Positions 54,700 through 63,912 of a stretch of 64,000 nucleotides of DNA are shown piece after piece. The notes under the pieces are model-generated. The model saw nothing but the letters and a program-made list of their open reading frames with translations, was not told the origin of the DNA and ran no database searches. How positions within the stretch are numbered: position 1 is the stretch's first letter; each line of letters begins with the position of its first letter. The position numbers were made by a program, and so were the translations under genes. The stretch covers positions 3,472 through 67,471 of the forward strand of contig JALNZK010000012.1 in assembly GCA_023229365.1 (NCBI GenBank), in the 5' to 3' direction. This stretch comes from Pseudomonadota bacterium. Its GTDB lineage: Bacteria; Myxococcota_A; Polyangia; JAAYKL01.

Positions 54700-55923
54700 A
54701 TGATTGTCGTGCGGACGATAGTGTTAGTCGCGCTCGCGGCGCTGGTGCCCGCCCCGGCGGCGGCGGCCGGCCCGCTTGCACCTCCCGTTCCCGAGAGCGT
54801 GCGCGCCGAGGACGTTCCGGACGACGGCGGCCGCGGCATCTCCGTGACGTGGGAGATGGAGGCCGCGCCAGGCCTCTCTGAATTCGAGATCGTGCGGATC
54901 GACTCGAAGGGCGCCCGGGAGACCGTCGGCACGGCGCCCGCGGCCGACAGGAGCTTCAGCGACGGCGCCGACGCGGCGAAGGCCCCCCTGGACGGCGTGC
55001 CGTACGGGTACCTGATCCGCGCGGTGTTCGAGGGCGGCAGGGCGGCCGACTCCGCGCCGTCCGCCACGGCGATCGCGGAGCCGTCGTGGGTGCACCGCGC
55101 GCGGCTCCCGGGCCTCGCCGCGGTGATCGCGCTCGCGGTCATGTTCGGCGTCCTCATCGTGCGCGCGAGGCGCGGCGATACGTCGTACATCCGCCCGATC
55201 CCCGCGCTCGAGGCGATCGACGACGCGGTCGGGAGGGCCGCGGAGATGGGCCGCCCGGTGCTCTACGCGCCCGGGCTCGAGTCCGTGACGAGCCCGGTGA
55301 CCGTCGCGTCGGTGGGCGTCCTCTCCCGCGTCGCCGAGCGGGCCGCGCGCCTGCACACGCGGATCAAGGTGCCGAACTACGATCCGCTCACCTACCCGGT
55401 CGCCCAGGAGATCGTGCGCCGGGCGTTCGCCAAGGTCGGGCTCGCGGAAGAGTTCAGGCCGGACGACGTCTCGTACCTGACGAGCCGATCCTTCACGTAC
55501 GCGGCGGCGGTCGCGGGCATGATGACCCGCGAGAAGACCGCGTCCAACTTCTTCATCGGGCACTTCTTCTCGGAGTACCTCATCCTCGCCGAGACAGGCG
55601 CCGCGACCGGCGCGGTGCAGATCGGCGGCACCGACTCGGTCGCCCAGCTCCCGTTCGTCATCACGACCTGCGACGAGACCATGATAGGCGAGGAGGTGTT
55701 CGCCGCGGCCGCGCTGGTCAGCGACGATCCCGTCAGCCGCTCCACGATCCGGGCGCACGACTGGTTCAAGACGCTCGTCATCGCGTGCGTCGCGCTCGGC
55801 GCCGGGCTGAAGCTCGCCCTCGACGCCGGGGCGCTCGTCTGGATGCTCGACGGGCTCGGCGTGGACGGCGCCGAGGATCTGGCCGCGCGGATCGCCGCCG
55901 CGCTGTTCGGCGGTACGCCATGA
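54700..55923 (+). CDS. membrane protein: signal peptide, Ig/FN3-like extracytoplasmic domain, TM segment and a ~250-aa cytoplasmic domain (uncharacterised). First gene of a four-gene operon.
   Basis: TMs at LPGLAAVIALAVMFGVLIV and near the C-terminus; the stop overlaps the next start (ATGA). Confidence 0.5.
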   Translation: MIVVRTIVLVALAALVPAPAAAAGPLAPPVPESVRAEDVPDDGGRGISVTWEMEAAPGLSEFEIVRIDSKGARETVGTAPAADRSFSDGADAAKAPLDGVPYGYLIRAVFEGGRAADSAPSATAIAEPSWVHRARLPGLAAVIALAVMFGVLIVRARRGDTSYIRPIPALEAIDDAVGRAAEMGRPVLYAPGLESVTSPVTVASVGVLSRVAERAARLHTRIKVPNYDPLTYPVAQEIVRRAFAKVGLAEEFRPDDVSYLTSRSFTYAAAVAGMMTREKTASNFFIGHFFSEYLILAETGAATGAVQIGGTDSVAQLPFVITTCDETMIGEEVFAAAALVSDDPVSRSTIRAHDWFKTLVIACVALGAGLKLALDAGALVWMLDGLGVDGAEDLAARIAAALFGGTP

Positions 55924-56555
55924 AGCGGATGATCGGGTACCGCGTCCCGGCCGCGCTCCTCCTCGTGCTCGGCCTCTTCATGGCGATCCAGTACTACGTG
56001 CCGCACCCTTTCGCGCAGCGCCCGAAGGAGCTGATCCTCCAGTGGAAGCAGCCGATCAACGCGTTCATCATCTTCCTCGCGCTCGGCGGGCTCGTCGCGA
56101 TGCACGCGCGGCGCGTGGTGAAGCGCCAGGAGCGGTGGGGCTACTCGGTGATCACGCTTGCGTCCGCCGCGGCGATGACGTTCCTCGGCCTCGCGTACGG
56201 CGTCCAGGACGACACCGTGTTCGCGGACTGGTTCGCGTACCTGGTGACGCCCATCGAGGCGACGATGTTCTCGCTGCTCGCGTTCTTCGTCGCCTCCGCG
56301 GCGTTCCGCGCGTTCCGCGCGCGGACGGTCGGCGCCACGATCCTGCTCGTGTCGGCCGCGATCGTCATGCTCGGCATGATCCCGGCCGTCCAGGCGGCGA
56401 TCCCGCCGCTCGGGGACGCGGCGGAGTTCCTCCTCAAGTACCCGAACACCGCGGCCAAGCGCGCGATCATGATGGGCGTCGCGCTCGGTGCCATCTCCGT
56501 GTCGATCAAGGCGATCCTCGGGATCGACAAGACGATCCTGACGAAGGGGGAGTGA
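55920..56555 (+). CDS. polytopic membrane protein (about 5 TM), uncharacterised
   Basis: ATG overlapping the upstream stop; hydrophobic helices. Confidence 0.55.
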   Translation: MKRMIGYRVPAALLLVLGLFMAIQYYVPHPFAQRPKELILQWKQPINAFIIFLALGGLVAMHARRVVKRQERWGYSVITLASAAAMTFLGLAYGVQDDTVFADWFAYLVTPIEATMFSLLAFFVASAAFRAFRARTVGATILLVSAAIVMLGMIPAVQAAIPPLGDAAEFLLKYPNTAAKRAIMMGVALGAISVSIKAILGIDKTILTKGE

Positions 56556-56559
56556 GCGA

Positions 56560-57426
56560 ATGGACGCGCGCGCCCTCCTCGGCAGGCTCTCCCGGCTGGA
56601 TCGGCGCGCGGTGTTCGCGGCCGTCGCGGTGGTGGTCGTCCTGCCGTTCCTCTCGCCCGTCGAGATGCGCGCCGAGCCGTCCCGGGAGACCCTCGCGTTC
56701 GACGCCGCGCTCGAGAGGGCGATAGGCGAGGGCAAGCCGCTGCTCGTCGGCGTCGACTTCGGTCCGCAGACCGTTGCCGAGATGGAGCCTCTGCTGCTCG
56801 CGGTGCTCGATCGCGTCTTCGCCGCCAGGTGCAAGGTCGTCTTCATCACGTTCATGACCGAGGCGTCGTCGCCGCTGCGCCGCTACCTCGAGCGGATGGA
56901 GGAGCGGCACGGGCTCGAGTACGGCGTCGACTACGTCTTCCTCGGTTACGCCTCGGCGTACGCCTACACGATGTACGGCATGGGGACGAACATCGGCGCG
57001 TACTTCCACTCCGACGACCGCGGCACGAAGCTCGCCGAGCTGCCGATCATGCGGGGCGTGAAGAGCCTCAAGGACGTCTCGGCCGTGATCGACGTCGCCT
57101 CGAACTCCATGCCGCGGTTCTGGGTGCAGTACGCGGTCGCGCCGCACGGGATCGATCTGCTCGTCGGCGCCACCGCGGTGAACGCCACCGACTACTACCC
57201 GTACCTGCAGACCGGGCAGATCCGGGGGCTGCTCGGCGGCGGCCGGGCCGCGGCCGAGTACGAGGGGATCCTCCTCGAACGCGGGATCCGGAAGGAGCCC
57301 GGAGACGCGACGCGCGGGCTCGGATCGCAGTCGCTGGCGCTCGCCGTGATCCTCGCGTTCATCGTGATCGGGAACGCGGCGTACTTCCTCGGCCGCGCGG
57401 GCCGCGCGAAGGGGGCCACGCGTTGA
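56560..57426 (+). CDS. bitopic membrane protein with a large extracytoplasmic domain, uncharacterised
   Basis: GAAGGGGGAG RBS; N- and C-terminal TM helices. Confidence 0.55.
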   Translation: MDARALLGRLSRLDRRAVFAAVAVVVVLPFLSPVEMRAEPSRETLAFDAALERAIGEGKPLLVGVDFGPQTVAEMEPLLLAVLDRVFAARCKVVFITFMTEASSPLRRYLERMEERHGLEYGVDYVFLGYASAYAYTMYGMGTNIGAYFHSDDRGTKLAELPIMRGVKSLKDVSAVIDVASNSMPRFWVQYAVAPHGIDLLVGATAVNATDYYPYLQTGQIRGLLGGGRAAAEYEGILLERGIRKEPGDATRGLGSQSLALAVILAFIVIGNAAYFLGRAGRAKGATR

Positions 57427-58052
57427 GCGGCGATCCCTACATCTGGATCGCCGCGCTGCTCACGATCGGCGTGTTCTCGTTCCTCGTCGAGGACAACCCG
57501 GTGTTCTGCGCGATCGAGCACCTGCTCGTCGGCCTGTCGACCGGGTACATGTTCTGCACCTACTGGGACCGCGTGTTCATCCCCGAGCTCGTGCGCCCGC
57601 TGTGGGAGCGGGGCGCCGGGACCGAGGCGCACCTGTGGGTCGTCGTGGTGGTCTGCCTCCTGTGGTCGTGCAAGTACATCGAGCGCGTCCGGGATCTCGC
57701 GAAGATCGCGCTCGCGTTCTGGCTCGCGGTCGACCTCGGGCTCGCGATCCCGACCGAGATGGACGCGGGCGTGATCGAGCAGGTCATGGGCACGATCGAC
57801 GTGAGCTTCAAAGGGGATCCCGTTAGCGTCGTCGGCGAGATCGTGCTCCTCCTCGGGACCGTGGCCGCGCTGACGTACTTCATCTTCTCGAAGGCGCACC
57901 GCGGGGTCCTCGGCGCCTCCGCGAAGGTCGGCACGTGGGTGCTCATGATCGGCTTCGGCGCGTCGTTCAGCTACACGATCCTCTCGCGCGTCTACCTGCT
58001 CATCGGGAGGGTGCTCTTCCTGCTCCGCGACTGGTTGGGGGTGGTGGGGTAA
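57423..58052 (+). CDS. polytopic membrane protein (about 5 TM), uncharacterised
   Basis: TTG start overlapping the upstream stop (TTGA); the N-terminus begins directly in a TM helix. Confidence 0.5.
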   Translation: MSGDPYIWIAALLTIGVFSFLVEDNPVFCAIEHLLVGLSTGYMFCTYWDRVFIPELVRPLWERGAGTEAHLWVVVVVCLLWSCKYIERVRDLAKIALAFWLAVDLGLAIPTEMDAGVIEQVMGTIDVSFKGDPVSVVGEIVLLLGTVAALTYFIFSKAHRGVLGASAKVGTWVLMIGFGASFSYTILSRVYLLIGRVLFLLRDWLGVVG

Positions 58053-58209
58053 AGACGGATCCTGTTCAATTCGAACGAGACGGCAGCTCATCTTGATTGA
58101 TTATTGCGCGCCGCGGCATGCCGAAGAGAGGCAACTGACCCCAATCATTCCATTCGTGCCGTTGGCTCGGAAGATGCAGCGTTTGGAGTGCCGAACCACG
58201 ACGAGGAAA

Positions 58210-59094
58210 ATGGGAGACGACACACAAAGGGTGCAGTTCCGGAAGGAAGCCGACGACGCCCGGCTGCGCGGGCTCTTGAGCCCAGACGCGCTGACCGTCA
58301 GCCTGGTCTCCGCGTTTGCGGGGGACCGTCCCCTGTCCGAGGAGGAGCGAAAAGTTCTCAGCGACATGGAGGAGCGGCGCAAGGATCTGTTCTTCACTGA
58401 TCTCCTCTACGCGACCACCCACCAGTTCTTCGCCCCCGCCGTCGCCCGGATCTTGTGGCACGACATCCTCCAACACAAATACACGATGTCGAAGCTGCTT
58501 GGCCGGAACGTGCGCGTCACCGTCGCCACGCTGGACTATCTCTCGAATGTCACGAAGGACATCATGTCTTCCACCGTGATCAACGAGGGGCACATCGCCC
58601 GGATCGCGGATCTCTCGATGCGCGACGGCTTGACGGGGCTGTTCAATCACACGAGCTGCCACGAGATCGTCGGGCTCGAGCTGAAGACCTACCTTCGCTA
58701 CGGGATGATCGTGTCCCTGATCCTCGCGGACATCGACGACTTCAAGCTGGTCAACGACCGGCACGGGCACCAGGAGGGCGATCGCGTCCTTGTGGAGCTC
58801 GCGGAGATCTTCCGCGCCTCCTCGAGGGACTCGGACATCGGTTGTCGTTACGGGGGCGAGGAGTTCGCCGTGATCCTGCCTGGCACGGGCGCCGCCGAGG
58901 CCGGCGAGGTGGCGGAGAGGATCCGAGCGAAGGCAATGACGATCCGCGTCGGGGATCAGGCGATCACCGTGAGCCTCGGGGTGGCGGCATGCGACCCGGA
59001 CACGACGACGGCGCATGCGCTCGTCGAAAAGGCGGATCAGGGATTGTACCGGGCGAAGCTGGAAGGGAAGAACCGGGTCGTGATCGTGGTCTAG
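58210..59094 (+). CDS. GGDEF-domain diguanylate cyclase with an uncharacterised N-terminal domain
   Basis: GAGGAAA RBS; RYGGEEFAVIL (GGEEF) and DDFKLVNDRHGHQEGD. Confidence 0.8.
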   Translation: MGDDTQRVQFRKEADDARLRGLLSPDALTVSLVSAFAGDRPLSEEERKVLSDMEERRKDLFFTDLLYATTHQFFAPAVARILWHDILQHKYTMSKLLGRNVRVTVATLDYLSNVTKDIMSSTVINEGHIARIADLSMRDGLTGLFNHTSCHEIVGLELKTYLRYGMIVSLILADIDDFKLVNDRHGHQEGDRVLVELAEIFRASSRDSDIGCRYGGEEFAVILPGTGAAEAGEVAERIRAKAMTIRVGDQAITVSLGVAACDPDTTTAHALVEKADQGLYRAKLEGKNRVVIVV

Positions 59095-59247
59095 ACGCAG
59101 CCGCCGACGTCGCATCTCCGAGCTGTGAAATGGTTTGCGTGGGGGGCGAGCCTTGGCCCATGTGCTCGATGACGTCCGGGCGGATGCGGATGACGACGTA
59201 GTCCGGGGCGTCGGCCATGCGCACCTTCGCGTTGCGCACCCAGGGTC

Positions 59248-59505
59248 TCAGTACGTGTCCGGCATGGCGAACGACAGCACGACGTAGGCGACCTCGAAAA
59301 CGATGTTGACGATCGAGACGATGATCCCCGCGGTGGTGAGCCCCTTCCCGCCCAGGCCGCCCAGGGACTTGTTGTAATCGTCGGTCTCCTTGCGCGCGCG
59401 GATCGAGAGGACGAGCCCGACGACGCCGCAGAAGAACGCGGTGATGAACCCGGCGATCGCCAGACCGTTCACCGGCCTGCCCGCCCTGCGATCGATTTCG
59501 TCCAT
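59248..59505 (-). CDS. DUF4190-like small membrane protein
   Basis: Two hydrophobic helices around the conserved GLAIAGFITAFF...GLVLSI. Confidence 0.5.
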   Translation of the reverse strand: MDEIDRRAGRPVNGLAIAGFITAFFCGVVGLVLSIRARKETDDYNKSLGGLGGKGLTTAGIIVSIVNIVFEVAYVVLSFAMPDTY

Positions 59506-59871
59506 CTATTGCAGCGCGGTCTTGATGAGGTTGTCGACCTCGTCCTGCGCGATGCCGAGGGCGGTCGCGACCTCGGCGATCAGCTCCCGCTCCGCCTTGG
59601 CCAGGGCGCCGTCCGCGGCCACGGCCATGGCGAGCTCCACGATCAGCGCGTTCTTGGAGTCCAGCGCCTCGATGCCTTCGGCCAGCGCCACCGGATCGTC
59701 GCCGATGTTGCGGGCGAGCACGTCCTTGCGCTCCGCGTCGTCGAGCCCGTAGCGGTCCATCAGCTCGTTCAGGATCTCGCGCTCGGCGTCCGCGAGCTGC
59801 GCGTCGGCCAGGATGGCCTGGGCGACGACCTTGCAGATCTGCACCTGGTCCTTCTTCGTGAGCTCGGTCAT
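59506..59871 (-). CDS. TerB-like (tellurite-resistance TerB domain) protein
   Basis: About 120 aa, all-helical acidic protein with TerB-like AxADG...E repeats. Confidence 0.6.
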   Translation of the reverse strand: MTELTKKDQVQICKVVAQAILADAQLADAEREILNELMDRYGLDDAERKDVLARNIGDDPVALAEGIEALDSKNALIVELAMAVAADGALAKAERELIAEVATALGIAQDEVDNLIKTALQ

Positions 59872-59946
59872 GTCGATCCTCCTCGCGTGCGGTGCGCAAC
59901 GTTAACCCGATTTTGAGAAAAACCCAATCCGCGCGATGATCCCGGC

Positions 59947-61482
59947 ATGGAAAATCCATCGACCCGGTCGACCCCCGTCGGCGCGCGCGGCGCGGGCGTC
60001 CTCCTCCACGTCACGTCGCTGCCAGGAGGGCACGGTGTGGGCGATCTCGGCGCGGCCGCGCACCGCTTTGCCGGGCTCGCGGCGGAGTGCGGGTTCTCGG
60101 CGTGGCAGATCCTGCCGCTCCACCCGACGGACGCGACCGGCTCGCCGTACTCCGGGCTCTCCGCGTTCGCCGGCAATCCGCTGCTCATCGATCTCGACGA
60201 CCTCGTGGCGCGCGGGCTCCTCGAGCGCCGGGACGTGTGGGACCCACCGGGCTTCCCGCGCGGCGCGGCCGACTACCGGACCGCCGCGGCGTTCAAGCGG
60301 CCGCTCGTCGACAGGGCGGCGCGCGCGCTGCTCGCGGGCCGGGGCGCAGCTCTCGGCGACCGCTTCGCGGCGTTCTGCGAGGAGGCGGGGCCCGCCTGGC
60401 TCGACGACGCGGCGCTCTACGCGGCGCTCGCGCGAAGGCACCGGGGCGCGCCGTGGTGGCGGTGGGAGGCTCCTCTCAAGCGCCGCCGCGCCCGCGCGAT
60501 CCGCGCCGCCCGCGCCGCGCTCGCCGGGGATGTCGAGCGGTACCGCGCGATCCAGTTCCTGTTTGACGTGCAGTGGCGCGCGCTCACGGCGCGATGCAGG
60601 GAGCTCGGCCTCCGGCTCTTCGGAGACGTGCCGCTCTACGTCGCCCGGGGCGCGGTCGACGTGTGGGCGCGGCCCGAGCTCTTCGCGCTGGATCGCGAGC
60701 TGCGCCCGCGCGCGGTCTCCGGTGTGCCGCCGGACTACTTTTCCGAGAAGGGCCAGCTGTGGGGCAACCCGGTCTACCGCTGGCGCGCGCACCGCGAGGA
60801 GCGCTTCCGCTGGTGGACCGCGCGGCTCGCCCGGGAGCTCGAGCTCGCGGACTGGGTTCGGATCGACCACTTCCGGGGCCTCTGCGCGTGCTACGAAATT
60901 CCGTTCGGGGCGCGGGACGCGCGGCGCGGGAGGTGGGTGCGGGCGCCCGGTCGCGAGCTGCTCGAGGCCGCGAGGGCCCGGCTCGGCCGCGCGCCGTTCG
61001 TGGCAGAGGATCTCGGCCTGGTCGGCGAGGACGTGCTCGCGCTGCGCGACGCGTTCGGCCTGCCCGGCATGGCGGTGCTGCAGTTCGGCTTCGGCGACGG
61101 CGCGGGGGCGGCGCACCTGCCCGAGAACCACCGCGAGCGGCAGGTCGTCTACACCGGCACGCACGACAACGACACGCTCGTCGGCTGGTGGCGGGCCGCG
61201 GGTGCGGATGTCCGGGAGCACGTGCGGCGGACCCTGCGCGTCCGCGGCGGAGAGCGGGAGATCGCGCGAACGCTCGTCGAGGCCGCGCTCGAATCGGTCG
61301 CCCGGCTCGCCGTGATCCCGATGCAGGATCTGCTCGGCCTCGGTTCCGAGGCGCGCATGAACACGCCCGGGAGCCCGCCCGGCCGGAGTTGGCAGTGGCG
61401 GCTCGAGGGTAGAGAGCTCACCCTGCGCCGCGTCGGCGCCATCCGGGAGCTGATCGAGGCGAGCGGCAGGGCACCGGGTTGA
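59947..61482 (+). CDS. malQ: 4-alpha-glucanotransferase (amylomaltase)
   Basis: GVLLHVTSLPG; PLHPT...SPYS; YTGTHDNDT; IPMQDLLGLG. Confidence 0.9.
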   Translation: MENPSTRSTPVGARGAGVLLHVTSLPGGHGVGDLGAAAHRFAGLAAECGFSAWQILPLHPTDATGSPYSGLSAFAGNPLLIDLDDLVARGLLERRDVWDPPGFPRGAADYRTAAAFKRPLVDRAARALLAGRGAALGDRFAAFCEEAGPAWLDDAALYAALARRHRGAPWWRWEAPLKRRRARAIRAARAALAGDVERYRAIQFLFDVQWRALTARCRELGLRLFGDVPLYVARGAVDVWARPELFALDRELRPRAVSGVPPDYFSEKGQLWGNPVYRWRAHREERFRWWTARLARELELADWVRIDHFRGLCACYEIPFGARDARRGRWVRAPGRELLEAARARLGRAPFVAEDLGLVGEDVLALRDAFGLPGMAVLQFGFGDGAGAAHLPENHRERQVVYTGTHDNDTLVGWWRAAGADVREHVRRTLRVRGGEREIARTLVEAALESVARLAVIPMQDLLGLGSEARMNTPGSPPGRSWQWRLEGRELTLRRVGAIRELIEASGRAPG

Positions 61483-61498
61483 AGGGCGGGAACGCCGG

Positions 61499-62329
61499 TC
61501 AGAACACCGGATCCGCACAGCAGCGGAAGCCCGTAGAATAGTCGTGGTAGGTCGTCGTGTGCGCGGTCGTCGTGTACGTGCACCCCGGGCCGTTGATCGA
61601 GCCGTCCGCGTAGAAGCCGCCCTTGAACGTGCCGTCCGGATCCGCGATCCACTCGTGCAGGTTGCCGTGCATGTCGAAGATCCCCTCGGCCGTGACGCAG
61701 CCGGGGTTCGCGCCGGTCGTGTCGACCGTGTCCTCCTGCTGATTGATCCCCGGATCGTTCATGTGCTCGCCGTCCCAGACGCCATCGCTCGTGCCGAAGT
61801 AGTCGACAACGGGGTGCGTGCCCGGGTACGTGTCGTTGCACGCGCCGTCGACGTACGTGTCGCCGTACGGCCAGGTCCACTCGAGAGGGCCCTGGCAGGC
61901 GCGCAGCCACTCGTCGAGCGTGCACAACCGCCTGCCCGCGGCCTCGCACGCCGTCGCCGCGACGTCGCCGCTGATGTAGCCTTGCGGCACGACACCTCCG
62001 ATCGAGGTCGCGACTCCGTCTTCCGGGACGTCGTAGGGGGACCAGTCGACGAGCGAGGCCTCCCACCTGTCGACGCACGCCGACCCCGCGAGCGCCATCC
62101 CGGCGGGGCAGGGGGAGATCTCGGTGTCCGTGTCCGTACCGCCGTCCGGGCCGGCGTCCGAATCGGAACCGGAATCCGCGTCCGCGTCCGAGTCGGAGTC
62201 GGTGTCCGAGTCGGAGTCGGTGTCGGAGTCGGAGTCGGTGTCCGAGTCGCCCGCCGCGCCGTCGCCGCAGCCGGCGGCGCCCGAGCCGAGGCACAGCGCC
62301 GCGATCGTCAGCCAGGTGAGCCTCGCCAC
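61499..62329 (-). CDS. lipoprotein with a (S-D/T-D)n linker and a formylglycine-generating-enzyme (FGE-sulfatase) domain
   Basis: GTG start 8 nt after the upstream stop; lipobox GAAGCG; RLCTLDEW, DMHGNLHEW, GFRCC. Confidence 0.75.
   Translation of the reverse strand: MARLTWLTIAALCLGSGAAGCGDGAAGDSDTDSDSDTDSDSDTDSDSDADADSGSDSDAGPDGGTDTDTEISPCPAGMALAGSACVDRWEASLVDWSPYDVPEDGVATSIGGVVPQGYISGDVAATACEAAGRRLCTLDEWLRACQGPLEWTWPYGDTYVDGACNDTYPGTHPVVDYFGTSDGVWDGEHMNDPGINQQEDTVDTTGANPGCVTAEGIFDMHGNLHEWIADPDGTFKGGFYADGSINGPGCTYTTTAHTTTYHDYSTGFRCCADPVF
62121..62250 (-). repeat. (GAGTCG/GTGTCC)n repeat encoding the SD/TD linker
   Basis: GTCCGAGTCGGAGTCGGTGTCCGAGTCGGAGTCGGTGTCGGAGTCGGAGTC. Confidence 0.8.
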
Positions 62330-62337
62330 GGATCGGC

Positions 62338-63912
62338 CTACGGCTCGTACCAGTCGCACAGCCGCTTCGGGATCTCGAACGACTGCGCGAGGGAGTCGGT
62401 GAACAGCGGCCCGACCTGGTACGGCGCGTCGAACGTCCCGTCGCCGTTGCCCATGTAGATCTCCAGGATGGACGGGCCCGTCCACGCGTCGCCGGAGTAG
62501 CAGTGGCCCACGATGACGTCCATGTCACCGTTGAAGTCGAAATCGAAGACCTGGGCGCTGCTCGTCACGCCCGGCGAGTCCGAGCCCGACTCGATCGCGG
62601 GCTCGAGGTCGATCGCCGGGTAGGCCGTCGAGGCGAACCCGCCGGAGCCGTCGCCGACGTAGTACCAGCTCTGCCCCGGATCGCCGTCGTCGTCGAATCC
62701 CATGAGCACATCGCCGTTGTCGTCCGAGGTGAAGTCGGCGAACACGGTGGAGTTGACCGGGTAGTTGTGCGTGAGGACGGACGTCGGCGTGGAGCTGAAC
62801 GTGCCGTCGCCGACCCCGTCCAGCCGGTAGACGTTCGCCGAGGTCGCGCCGCCGCTCGCGAAGACGGCGAACACGATGTCCTTAACGTCGTCGCCGGTGA
62901 TGTCCATCGCCTGCCGGCTCTGGGAGTAGCCCCACTGGCCGTCCACGACGCTCCCCGTGCCGAGCGTGAACGCCTCGCGCAGGGTGAAGGCGCACGAGGT
63001 GTCCGGGTAGTCCGCGACCGCGCAGTCCGCCGTGCGGATCGTCCCGTTGTTCAGGAAGACCCAGCCGGTGATCGACTCGATGTACCCGGAGGAGGGCGAC
63101 CGTGTCGCCGTGACGAGGTCGAACAGGTTGTCCGAGTTGACGTCCGCCACGATGCCGCCCGCGCGCAAGGCGGTGGGGCCGACGTCGATCTGGACGAACT
63201 CGTCCTCCTTGTCGGTGCGGTAGAAGAAGTACATCTCGAAATCGCCCGTCGTGCCGTCCGCGGTCGCGTCGTGGGCGATGAAGTCGGTCCGGCCGTCGTC
63301 GTCGAAGTCGGCGATCGCGAACGCGCGGTAGTTGTCGTCGATGTCGTCCGCCGGCCATTCGATCTGATCCTGGAAGGTGCCGTCCTGGTTCGACAGGTAG
63401 AAGTAGAAGGTGCCGTTGTTGTTCGCCTGGATGATGTACTCCGGGAACGGATCGAGGGGGTACGGATCATCGACGTCGAGGATGTCGTCCGAGTCTCCGT
63501 CCGCCGAGAAGGGATCGGAGATCACGCAGTCCGCGCCGTAGTCCGCCTCCTCGAGGTCGGAGATGGAGTCGTTGTCGTCGTCGGTGTCCGCGTTGTCCCC
63601 GGTGCCGTCGCTGTCGTGATCGTCCCACTCGGACGGGTCGGTGGGGAACGCGTCATCGTCGTCCGGGATGCCGTCGGAGTCCTGGTCCGGGGCCTCGGTG
63701 TCGGAATCGATATCGGTGTCCGTGTCCGAATCGGTGTCCGTGTCCGAATCCGAATCCGAATCCGTGTCGACGTCCGTGTCGGTATCGGTGTCGGAATCGG
63801 AGTCCGAGTCCGATGCGGACGGCTCGTTGGCCGACTCCGCGCACCCGAGCGCCGCGAGCCACAGCAGCGATGCCGACACGAAGAGCCCGTGTTTCCAGCG
63901 AAGTGTTCGCAT
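62338..63912 (-). CDS. lipoprotein with a (S/T-D)n linker, Asp-rich calcium-binding-like segments and FG-GAP/VCBS-type beta-propeller repeats
   Basis: GGAGG RBS; lipobox LAALGCAES; FDDDGRTDF and FNGDMDVIV FG-GAP-like blades. Confidence 0.7.
   Translation of the reverse strand: MRTLRWKHGLFVSASLLWLAALGCAESANEPSASDSDSDSDTDTDTDVDTDSDSDSDTDTDSDTDTDIDSDTEAPDQDSDGIPDDDDAFPTDPSEWDDHDSDGTGDNADTDDDNDSISDLEEADYGADCVISDPFSADGDSDDILDVDDPYPLDPFPEYIIQANNNGTFYFYLSNQDGTFQDQIEWPADDIDDNYRAFAIADFDDDGRTDFIAHDATADGTTGDFEMYFFYRTDKEDEFVQIDVGPTALRAGGIVADVNSDNLFDLVTATRSPSSGYIESITGWVFLNNGTIRTADCAVADYPDTSCAFTLREAFTLGTGSVVDGQWGYSQSRQAMDITGDDVKDIVFAVFASGGATSANVYRLDGVGDGTFSSTPTSVLTHNYPVNSTVFADFTSDDNGDVLMGFDDDGDPGQSWYYVGDGSGGFASTAYPAIDLEPAIESGSDSPGVTSSAQVFDFDFNGDMDVIVGHCYSGDAWTGPSILEIYMGNGDGTFDAPYQVGPLFTDSLAQSFEIPKRLCDWYEP
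63697..63822 (-). repeat. (GTCGGA/GTCCGA)n repeat encoding the SD/TD linker
   Basis: GGTGTCGGAATCGATATCGGTGTCCGTGTCCGAATCGGTGTCCGTGTCCGAATCCGAATCC. Confidence 0.8.

Noticed and set aside
52690-54703. Plus-strand ORFs 52690-54603 and 53942-54703
   Set aside because: They are antisense to the 672-aa (T-D)n lipoprotein gene. The Val/Gly/Ser repeats in their translations simply mirror the TD repeat read on the other strand.
59902-62528. Minus ORFs 59902-61518 and 61149-62528, and plus ORFs 59936-61315 and 61544-62458
   Set aside because: malQ (plus) and the FGE-lipoprotein gene (minus) account for this region with clear motifs. The rest are frame-shifted or antisense artefacts.
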